Assembly (NCBI GenBank): GCA_964606485.1
Contig: CAZSGP010000003.1
Location: 66,481-130,480, forward strand
Direction: 5' to 3'
Length of the DNA: 64,000 nt
From: an uncultured Planctomycetia bacterium
GTDB taxonomy: Bacteria; Omnitrophota; Gorgyraeia; 2-02-FULL-51-18
Shown: positions 43,901 through 51,736 of the stretch, piece after piece
Layout: each line of letters begins with the position of its first letter
How positions within the stretch are numbered: position 1 is the stretch's first letter
Notes under the pieces: generated by a model
Told to the model about the DNA's origin: nothing
The model's input: the letters and a program-made list of their open reading frames with translations, nothing else
The model's database searches: none
Position numbers and translations under genes: made by a program

Positions 43901-44293
43901 ATGAGAGATATACAGATTAAGACAACGACTTCCGAGAATCACAAACGCAAAAATCTCCTGATTGTGGAGATGATTGATCAGGATGGTTTTGTAGCGAGAG
44001 CCGAGAAGAAGTACTCCTATTATGTTTCGGAGCAAAAGCCCGATCTTCAGAAGCCGGAGGAGTTGAAGCAGTGGATGGACTCCCAGGCACACTCTTTCCA
44101 AAAAAAGGATAGACACGTTTCAATCACAAAGACCTTGAATCCCAGCACGGGAATTGGCCAAATGATTTACCGGGTTATCGGTAGTTTTTATGTCGTTCAA
44201 AATCTTCATGTGTTCGCTGTTGTGTTTATGCATAGCATCAAATTCGACATGATCTCCGGTAGCATTCCGGGTATCGATCAGCTGCCAGCCTAA
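43901..44293 (+). CDS. hypothetical small protein (130 aa) in AT-rich intergenic island
   Basis: An ORF with a plausible promoter upstream and no recognisable motif. An overlapping antisense ORF at 44120-44374 is equally unconvincing. Confidence 0.25.
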   Translation: MRDIQIKTTTSENHKRKNLLIVEMIDQDGFVARAEKKYSYYVSEQKPDLQKPEELKQWMDSQAHSFQKKDRHVSITKTLNPSTGIGQMIYRVIGSFYVVQNLHVFAVVFMHSIKFDMISGSIPGIDQLPA

Positions 44294-44357
44294 GTTCTTC
44301 AAATTCCTCACAAATAGAATGTAAATCAAGTCTTGTTTTGTTATACTTTTCACCGAA

Positions 44358-45365
44358 ATGACATCTAAAAACATAAAAATTTCAGTATTGGGGGATGGGG
44401 GCTGGGGAACCGCCCTCGCACTTCTTTTAGTTGAAAAGAAATTTTCCGTAACGCTCTGGGGCGCCTTCAGCGGCTATGTCGAGGAAATGCGCAAGAGTCG
44501 TGAAAATTCCAAGTTTCTCCCAGGATTTAAGCTGCCCGCCAATTTAAATTTAACTGCCGATCTAAAAAGCGCTTGTGAAAGTTCCGAGCTCATCGTGCTA
44601 GCGTCCCCGTCACAATACCTGCGGCCGGTGCTCAAGCAAATTAAAAATTTAAAACTTAAAAATAAAATTTTCGTTTCGGTCGCTAAAGGCGTTGAAACCG
44701 AGTCGCTCAAAACAATGTCGCGCGTCATTCGAGAAGAGCTAGGCCCGGTAAAAGTTTGCGTGATTTCGGGCCCGTGCATTGCTAAGGAAGTGGCTCAAAA
44801 ATTGCCAGCCGCCGTGTCATGTGCGTCGACTGATAAAAAAACCGCGCTAATGGTGCGTCAGATTTTTTCGACAGATTATTTTGGAGTGTTTACAAGCGAC
44901 GATGTGCTCGGAGTGGAACTTGGCGGCTCGATTAAAAATGTGATTGCGATTTGCGCGGGGATCTTGGAAGGGCTTGGATTTGGCTCGAATACGCGGGCGC
45001 TTTTGTTTGCGAGAGGTGTTGCAGAAATGGCGCGGCTCGGAGTCAAAATGGGAGCAAAGCGCGAGACATTTATGGGCTTAAGTGGCCTTGGAGATTTGGC
45101 GACAACGTGCCTCAGTCCGATTAGCCGCAATCGCAGCTTGGGCGAAGCCATTGGAAAAGGCGGGAAGCTCAACGATATTTTAAATAAAACCGAGATGGTG
45201 GTGGAGGGAGTGGACACCGCCAAGGGAGCATTTAAACTCGCCAAGAAATACAAAGTCAAAATGCCCATCGTTGAAGCGGTGTATGGAATTTTATTTAAAG
45301 AACACGATCCGCAAAATGCCGTTAAGGCACTGCTAAATCAAGAGTTGCATAGCGAGCTGGATTGA
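44358..45365 (+). CDS. gpsA: glycerol-3-phosphate dehydrogenase [NAD(P)+]
   Basis: KISVLGDGGWGTALALLL, the Rossmann N-terminus and GpsA C-terminus. Confidence 0.9.
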   Translation: MTSKNIKISVLGDGGWGTALALLLVEKKFSVTLWGAFSGYVEEMRKSRENSKFLPGFKLPANLNLTADLKSACESSELIVLASPSQYLRPVLKQIKNLKLKNKIFVSVAKGVETESLKTMSRVIREELGPVKVCVISGPCIAKEVAQKLPAAVSCASTDKKTALMVRQIFSTDYFGVFTSDDVLGVELGGSIKNVIAICAGILEGLGFGSNTRALLFARGVAEMARLGVKMGAKRETFMGLSGLGDLATTCLSPISRNRSLGEAIGKGGKLNDILNKTEMVVEGVDTAKGAFKLAKKYKVKMPIVEAVYGILFKEHDPQNAVKALLNQELHSELD

Positions 45366-45383
45366 AATAAACTAAGAGTTTTT

Positions 45384-45459
45384 CGGGGTGTGGCCCAGCT
45401 TGGTCTAAGGCGCTACCTTGGGGTGGTAGAGATCGGAGGTTCGAATCCTCTCACCCCGA
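45384..45459 (+). tRNA. tRNA-Pro (anticodon GGG)
   Basis: I folded it by hand. The acceptor stem pairs CGGGGTG with CACCCCG, the discriminator is A, and U8 is present. The anticodon stem pairs CTACC with GGTAG around the loop TTGGGGT, giving anticodon GGG with G37. The T-arm is GGAGG-TTCGAAT-CCTCT, the D-loop is long at 11 nt, and no CCA is encoded. Confidence 0.8.
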
Positions 45460-45481
45460 CAAAAATCTTAAAACGAAATCT

Positions 45482-46762
45482 ATGGAAAAAAATAGCAAAA
45501 CGATTCGCATTGGTCTTCTAGGGTTCGGAACTGTCGGTTCCGGAGTCGTCAAAATTCTTTCGTCTCAAAAAAAGAGCATCGAAGAAAAAGCGGGCGTGCG
45601 GATTGAAATTAAAAAAATCGGCGTACGAAATCTTTCAAAAAAGCGCGCTGTTTCTGTAGACAAGAAACTAATCACGACGGATTTGAACTCGGTTGTGAAT
45701 GACGCTTCCGTCGACGTTGTGGTGGAGTTGATGGGCGGGATTCACCCTGCCAAAGAGCTAATTTTGAAGGCGCTTTCCAATGGCAAACAGGTGGTGACCG
45801 CCAACAAGGCGCTCCTTGCCGAAGAATCCAAAGCGATTTTTGGAGCCGCACAAAAAGAAGGTCGCTCGCTCGGAATTGAGGCGAGTGTCTGCGGCGGCAT
45901 ACCCATTCTTAAAGCGCTGCGCGAGGGCCTCGTCTCTAATAATATTTCTCACTTTTTTGGAATTGTGAACGGAACCTGTAATTTCATTCTTTCTGAAATG
46001 TCCAAAGGGGGCCTCGATTTTAATCAGGCGCTAGCGCAGGCTAAAAAATTAGGATACGCAGAAAGCAATCCAAGGCTCGACATCGAAGGAATTGATTCGG
46101 CACACAAGCTTGCGGTGCTTGCACGAATTGCCTTTGGAGCTGAAATTAATTTTAAAACGATTTATGTGGAGGGAATTAATCAAATTTCCCCAGAGGATGT
46201 TGGGTACGCCAAAGAGCTTGGCTATACCATTAAACTATTGGCCATCGGAAAAAAATTAAACGAAGGACTTGAGCTTCGCGTTCACCCAACCATGCTCGCC
46301 GAGGATCACCCGCTATCGAATGTGCGCGGCGTGTACAATGCAGTTTTTGTGCACGGCGATCAAGTAGGCGATCTTTTGTTTTATGGCCGCGGAGCAGGAA
46401 GCCTTCCGACAGCAAGCGCTGTTTTAAGTGACATTGTGGATTTGGCTCAAAATATAAAAGGCGAGGATGCGGCGGTGCGGCAACTCAAAACGCTTCCGAT
46501 TGATAATATCCTTTCAAAATATTATTTACGCTTTCAGGTCAAGGACAGGCCGGGCGTGCTTGGACGCATCGCGCAGGAACTCGGAAAAAATCAGATTTCT
46601 ATTTTAAGCGTGCACCAAAAAGAGTCCGCTCACGGCGGGTCTGTTCCGGTTGTGATTCTGACTTACGAAGCGCGGGAAAAGAATTTAAAAAAAGCATTGC
46701 GTGCCATCGACGCGATGGGGGACATCCGCCAAAAAACCGTGGTGATGCGGGTCGAAAAATAA
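45482..46762 (+). CDS. hom: homoserine dehydrogenase
   Basis: IRIGLLGFGTVGSGVVKIL...VTANKALL..., with a C-terminal ACT domain. Confidence 0.9.
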   Translation: MEKNSKTIRIGLLGFGTVGSGVVKILSSQKKSIEEKAGVRIEIKKIGVRNLSKKRAVSVDKKLITTDLNSVVNDASVDVVVELMGGIHPAKELILKALSNGKQVVTANKALLAEESKAIFGAAQKEGRSLGIEASVCGGIPILKALREGLVSNNISHFFGIVNGTCNFILSEMSKGGLDFNQALAQAKKLGYAESNPRLDIEGIDSAHKLAVLARIAFGAEINFKTIYVEGINQISPEDVGYAKELGYTIKLLAIGKKLNEGLELRVHPTMLAEDHPLSNVRGVYNAVFVHGDQVGDLLFYGRGAGSLPTASAVLSDIVDLAQNIKGEDAAVRQLKTLPIDNILSKYYLRFQVKDRPGVLGRIAQELGKNQISILSVHQKESAHGGSVPVVILTYEAREKNLKKALRAIDAMGDIRQKTVVMRVEK

Positions 46763-47821
46763 ATGCGCTGGCAGGGAATCATTCAACAGTACGCAAAATA
46801 CCTGCCGATCACGGCTAAAACTCCGGTCGTTTCTTTAAGTGAGGGCAATACGCCGCTCATTTTATCGGAATACTTTTCTAAAACGCTGGGCATTCACGTT
46901 TATTTGAAATACGAAGGACTGAATCCTACCGGATCTTTTAAGGACCGCGGAATGACGATGGCGATTTCAAAAGCCAAAGAAGATGGCGCGAAGGCCGTGA
47001 TCTGCGCTTCAACCGGAAATACATCCGCCTCTGCGGCAGCGTATGCAGCGCGCGCGGGACTGAAATGTGTGGTCCTGATTCCTAAGGGCTCAATCGCGCT
47101 CGGAAAATTAAGTCAGGCCCTTTTTCACAACGCGCAGGTTTTAGCGGTGAACGGCAGCTTTGACCAAGCGCTTGAAATGGTTCGCGAAATTGCAAAGACA
47201 ACCCCTATCACACTTGTGAATTCTTTAAATCCCTACCGCATTGAAGGTCAAAAAACCGGAGCGTTTGAAATTTGCGATCAGCTCGGCGTTGCGCCCGATT
47301 TTCACTCCATCCCAGTTGGGAACGCTGGAAACATCACAGCTTACTGGAAAGGCTACAATGAATACTTTGCAGAGCGAAAAATTTCTTCAAAACCCGTGAT
47401 GCTGGGGTTTCAGGCGGAGGGCGCTGCCCCCATTGTGAATAAAAAAATTATAAAAAACCCAAAAACAATCGCAACCGCGATCAAAATTGGAAACCCTGCG
47501 AGCTGGCAATTTGCCGAGAAAGCACGTGACGAGTCGAATGGGCTGATTGATAAAGTTTCCGATAAAGAAATTTTAAAAGCCTATCGACTGCTTGCCGAAA
47601 AAGACGGAGTGTTTGTAGAACCCGCATCGGCGGCCAGTGTGGCCGGCATTTTAAAATTGAGCAAAAAAGGATATTTCCGTAAGTGCAAGCGCACCACAAA
47701 AATGGTTTGCGTGCTCACTGGGCACGGCTTAAAAGATCCGGATCGCGCTATTTCTCTTGTTAAAAGCCCTAAAACCGTTCCCGCCAAACTGCAGGCGATT
47801 CTCTCGGCCATTTTACAATGA
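46763..47821 (+). CDS. thrC: threonine synthase
   Basis: FKDRGMTMAISKAKEDGAKAVICASTGNTSAS, the PLP lysine motif. Confidence 0.9.
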   Translation: MRWQGIIQQYAKYLPITAKTPVVSLSEGNTPLILSEYFSKTLGIHVYLKYEGLNPTGSFKDRGMTMAISKAKEDGAKAVICASTGNTSASAAAYAARAGLKCVVLIPKGSIALGKLSQALFHNAQVLAVNGSFDQALEMVREIAKTTPITLVNSLNPYRIEGQKTGAFEICDQLGVAPDFHSIPVGNAGNITAYWKGYNEYFAERKISSKPVMLGFQAEGAAPIVNKKIIKNPKTIATAIKIGNPASWQFAEKARDESNGLIDKVSDKEILKAYRLLAEKDGVFVEPASAASVAGILKLSKKGYFRKCKRTTKMVCVLTGHGLKDPDRAISLVKSPKTVPAKLQAILSAILQ

Positions 47822-48972
47822 AAACCCTCGTGCTGGTTTGCGAGTCCATGGCCGACGAACCCATGGAGGCGCTTGGGGGCCGCACTTTTTTAGAGACGGC
47901 TAAACTCCCTAATCTTTCGCGGCTATCGCCAAATTCTAAAATGGGTTTGGTGCAGGTGACGCCCAATCAAATCGCCGCGCGGGGCCATGAAGCGCTTTTT
48001 TCTATTTTAGGATACGACCCTCTGCAGTATTTTACGGGACCGGCACCCATTGAGGCCACGGCCTTAAACATTCCGTTTGAAGCAAATGAAGTTGTGTTTT
48101 ACTGTGACTTTGTGACGGCGGAGAACCAGCAGCTTGTGGATTCAAAGGGCGGATTCCCGAAGCGCGAGGAGACCGCCATTTTAATCCGGGCACTCAACCA
48201 GAGTCTTGCCAAAGAAAAAATGCGTTTTGTGCAGGGGGAAGGGCACCGCAATTTTTTTATTTCGAGTGACCCGGTGTGGACTGAAAAGCTAGATGAGTTG
48301 GAAACGCTTTCTCCGGAGTCAGCCATCGGAAAACCGCTGGATAAATTTTTACCCAAAGGCCCGGGCGACAAACACATTTGTTTTCTCATGGAAAAGTCGA
48401 GAGAGGTTTTGGAGAATCATGAAATTAATCGCGTGCGCATTGACCTGGGTGAAAATCCGGCCAATCGTATTTGGCTCTGGGGTCAAGGCAAACGCCCGAA
48501 CTTGCCCTCGTTTTTTGAGCAGACCCATTTGAGCGGCGGGGTCGTAGCCGATCAACGCTTCGTGCTAGGGATTGCTAAGCTGCTTGGCATGAAGCACCAA
48601 GCTTCTATGGAGCAGGCTGTTGAGGAAAATGATTTTACGCTAGCTTACGAGGCTTCACCCATTCCCTCAAAGGACCGCTGGGATTTTCGCCAGCGTTTGC
48701 GCAGTCTCGAGCAATTTGACTCTAAAATTGTTTCGGCGGCCGTTCGCTTAAGGGAAAAGATCCAAGATTTGAAGATTTTGGTGGTTTCGACCGTTGCTTT
48801 ATCCACGCTTAAAAAAGAAGTCACGGGTCAGCCGGTTCCGTTCCTTTCGAGTTCCGGCTTGGCGCCTAGCCCAACACCAAACACTTTCACTGAAAAAGCG
48901 GCGTCTATGAGCCGCCTTAAGATTGACAGAGGGTATAAACTATTAGAATCTTTTTTAAAGGGGAATCTATGA
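47818..48972 (+). CDS. cofactor-independent phosphoglycerate mutase (ApgM)-family protein; candidate non-canonical homoserine kinase
   Basis: MKTLVLVCESMADEPMEALGGRTFLETAKLPNL matches the ApgM N-terminus. The gene sits between thrC and lysC with 4-nt overlaps on both sides. Confidence 0.7.
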   Translation: MKTLVLVCESMADEPMEALGGRTFLETAKLPNLSRLSPNSKMGLVQVTPNQIAARGHEALFSILGYDPLQYFTGPAPIEATALNIPFEANEVVFYCDFVTAENQQLVDSKGGFPKREETAILIRALNQSLAKEKMRFVQGEGHRNFFISSDPVWTEKLDELETLSPESAIGKPLDKFLPKGPGDKHICFLMEKSREVLENHEINRVRIDLGENPANRIWLWGQGKRPNLPSFFEQTHLSGGVVADQRFVLGIAKLLGMKHQASMEQAVEENDFTLAYEASPIPSKDRWDFRQRLRSLEQFDSKIVSAAVRLREKIQDLKILVVSTVALSTLKKEVTGQPVPFLSSSGLAPSPTPNTFTEKAASMSRLKIDRGYKLLESFLKGNL

Positions 48973-50186
48973 GTTTAGTCGTACAAAAATATGGTGGGTC
49001 GAGTGTCGCAAACCCAGATAGAATCAAAAATGTAGCTTCAAGGATTGCTCGGTACAAGAAGCGTAATCATTCCCTGGTCGTCGTGGTCAGTGCGCTGGGC
49101 GACACTACCGATGACTTGCTGGAATTGGCTGATAAAATCACCCAAAACCCATCGCGTCGGGAGCTCGACATGCTCTTGTCGACCGGTGAGCAGATCTCGG
49201 TGTCACTCTTAGCGATGGCGCTGCACGAATTGGATGTTGACGCGATTTCGTTTACCGGCGGCCAAGTCGGAATTATGACGGACTCTGCCTACACGCGGGC
49301 GCGCATTTTAGACATCAGCACCAAAAGAATTCAGGATGAGCTTGCCCACGGCAAAGTCGTAATTGTGGCGGGTTTTCAGGGTATTAACGAAAAACATGAA
49401 ATCACGACACTGGGCCGAGGGGGTAGTGATCTAACGGCTGTCGCACTTGCGAAAGCGCTAAAGGCCGATGCGTGCGAAATTTATACGGACGTGGACGGAA
49501 TTTACACCACCGATCCGAGGCTTGTGAAATCAGCGAAGAAAATTCAAAAAATAAGCTACGAGGAAATGTTAGAGATGGCCTCAAGTGGCGCGCAGGTGAT
49601 GCAATCGCGGTCGATTGAAGTAGCGGGGAAATACGATATTCCCTTGCACGTGCGTTCTAGTTTTGAAGACAAGGAGGGGACCTGGATTGTGAAGGAGGAG
49701 CGTTCGATGGAAGATGTATTGATTCGTGGAGTCTCGCTGAGTAAAGACGAGGCGAAAATCACCTTGAGTGGCGTTCCCAACCGTCCGGGTATCGCGGCTG
49801 AAATTTTTAAAACGTTAGCCAAACAAAATATCAACGTTGACATGATTATTCAGAATATCGGCAAATCGACTGATACAGACATCACCTTCACCGTTCCCAA
49901 AAAAGATGCGGCGAACGCAGCCAAGTGTCTCAAGAAAATTGGCGACAAGGGTGGGTTTAAGTCGATGGTTCAAGACACCGATATGGCCAAAGTGTCTGTC
50001 GTGGGAATCGGCATGAGAAGTCACGCGGGTGTGGCCGCTGAAATGTTTGAAGCGATGGGGAAATCGAAAATTAATATCGAGATGATTTCGACCAGTGAAA
50101 TCAAAATTTCCTGCGTGATCAAACGGCATGACGCTGAAAAAGCGGTTAAAATATTGCACGACCATTTTAAATTAGGAAAAAAGTGA
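48969..50186 (+). CDS. lysC: aspartate kinase
   Basis: LVVQKYGGSSVANPDRIKNVASRI...GRGGSDLTAVALA, with two C-terminal ACT domains. Confidence 0.9.
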   Translation: MSLVVQKYGGSSVANPDRIKNVASRIARYKKRNHSLVVVVSALGDTTDDLLELADKITQNPSRRELDMLLSTGEQISVSLLAMALHELDVDAISFTGGQVGIMTDSAYTRARILDISTKRIQDELAHGKVVIVAGFQGINEKHEITTLGRGGSDLTAVALAKALKADACEIYTDVDGIYTTDPRLVKSAKKIQKISYEEMLEMASSGAQVMQSRSIEVAGKYDIPLHVRSSFEDKEGTWIVKEERSMEDVLIRGVSLSKDEAKITLSGVPNRPGIAAEIFKTLAKQNINVDMIIQNIGKSTDTDITFTVPKKDAANAAKCLKKIGDKGGFKSMVQDTDMAKVSVVGIGMRSHAGVAAEMFEAMGKSKINIEMISTSEIKISCVIKRHDAEKAVKILHDHFKLGKK

Positions 50187-51736
50187 AAATAGAAGTTTAC
50201 GACACAACGTTACGTGACGGTTCTCAGGGCGAAGGACTTTCCTTTTCCGTGCAGGACAAGCTTCTCATTGCTAAGCGCATTGATGACTTGGGATTTCATT
50301 ACATTGAAGGCGGCTGGCCGGGCGCCAATCCTAAGGACGTGGCGTTTTTTGAAGAAGTCCGCAAGCTCAAATTAAAAAATGCGGTGGTGACGGCGTTTGG
50401 ATCCACTCGTAAAGCCCACACCAAAGCACAAGACGACGACAACTTGCGCGGATTGATTGCCGCTGAAACCGCCGCAATCACGATTTTTGGAAAAAGCTGG
50501 GACATGCACGTGCGCGAGGTGTTTAAAATCGAGCTTGATGAAAATTTAAAAATGATCTCAGATTCGGTGAAATATCTGAAATCCAAAAATAAAAAAGTAA
50601 TTTACGATGCCGAGCACTTTTTTGACGGGTACACTTCCAATCCTAAGTACGCCATTCAATCGCTCCTAGCAGCGCTAGAAGCAGGTGTGTCGGTGCTTGT
50701 GTTGTGTGACACGAACGGCGGGACAATGCCGTCCAAACTTTCTAAAATTGTGGCGGAGGTAAAACGCGAAGTGAAGTGCCCGCTTGGAATTCACACGCAT
50801 AACGATGCGGGAATGGGAATTGCCAACGCAGTGGCGGCCATAGAAGCGGGAGCGCTTCATGTTCAGGGGACGATCAATGGCTATGGCGAGCGCTGTGGAA
50901 ACCCGGATCTTTTAGCGATTGTCGCAAACTTGCAGCTCAAACTTGGTTTTGACTGCGTTCCGCCGGCAAAATTAAAAGAGTTTACCGAGGCGGCGCGCTT
51001 TGTCAGTGAAGTCAGCAATATGCTGCTTATGAAAAATCAGCCCTACGTGGGTCAGAGTGCTTTTGCACACAAAGGCGGCGTGCACATTAACGCCGTCATG
51101 AAAAATCCGGATACCTACGAACACATCGACCCAGCACTCGTGGGAAATCACCGCCGCTTTTTGGTTTCAGAAATGGGTGGGCGGACAAATATTACTTTGA
51201 AAGCCAAAGAACTCGACATTGATTTGAAAAAGGATTCGCCTGAGGCCAAAAAAATTCTTCAAGTGGTCCAAGAGCGGGAGAACGAAGGCTATCAATACGA
51301 AGCCGCTGAGGCAAGCTTTGAACTTTTGCTTCGTGAAATCATGGGCACACGCAAAGATTTCTTTAAAGTCAAAAAGGCATGGGTTGAGCACGAATTTGTG
51401 GGTGGAAACAACCCCGAGGCCAAGGCAGAAGTTACGCTGCTTGTCGGCGGAAAAGAAAAAAATGTCAAAGCAAGTGGCGATGGTCCGGTGAATGCGCTCG
51501 ACCAGGCTTTTCGTGAAGCGCTTCTTGATTTTTACCCAGTAATCCAAAATATTCGCTTGGATGATTACAAGGTGCGCATTGTGAATTCCAAAGCCGGCAC
51601 CGCCGCGAAGGTTCGCGTGTTTATCGAATTTCGTGATGATAAAGACATCTGGACCACGGTCGGTGTTTCCACGAATATCATAGAAGCTAGCTGGCAAGCC
51701 TTAAGAGACGCTTACGAATATAAGCTTTCCCGATAA
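50183..51736 (+). CDS. cimA: (R)-citramalate synthase / LeuA-family 2-isopropylmalate synthase homologue
   Basis: MKIEVYDTTLRDGSQGEGLSFSVQDK...IEGGWPGANPKD is typical of the CimA branch, and a LeuA-dimer-like C-terminus is present. Confidence 0.7.
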   Translation: MKIEVYDTTLRDGSQGEGLSFSVQDKLLIAKRIDDLGFHYIEGGWPGANPKDVAFFEEVRKLKLKNAVVTAFGSTRKAHTKAQDDDNLRGLIAAETAAITIFGKSWDMHVREVFKIELDENLKMISDSVKYLKSKNKKVIYDAEHFFDGYTSNPKYAIQSLLAALEAGVSVLVLCDTNGGTMPSKLSKIVAEVKREVKCPLGIHTHNDAGMGIANAVAAIEAGALHVQGTINGYGERCGNPDLLAIVANLQLKLGFDCVPPAKLKEFTEAARFVSEVSNMLLMKNQPYVGQSAFAHKGGVHINAVMKNPDTYEHIDPALVGNHRRFLVSEMGGRTNITLKAKELDIDLKKDSPEAKKILQVVQERENEGYQYEAAEASFELLLREIMGTRKDFFKVKKAWVEHEFVGGNNPEAKAEVTLLVGGKEKNVKASGDGPVNALDQAFREALLDFYPVIQNIRLDDYKVRIVNSKAGTAAKVRVFIEFRDDKDIWTTVGVSTNIIEASWQALRDAYEYKLSR

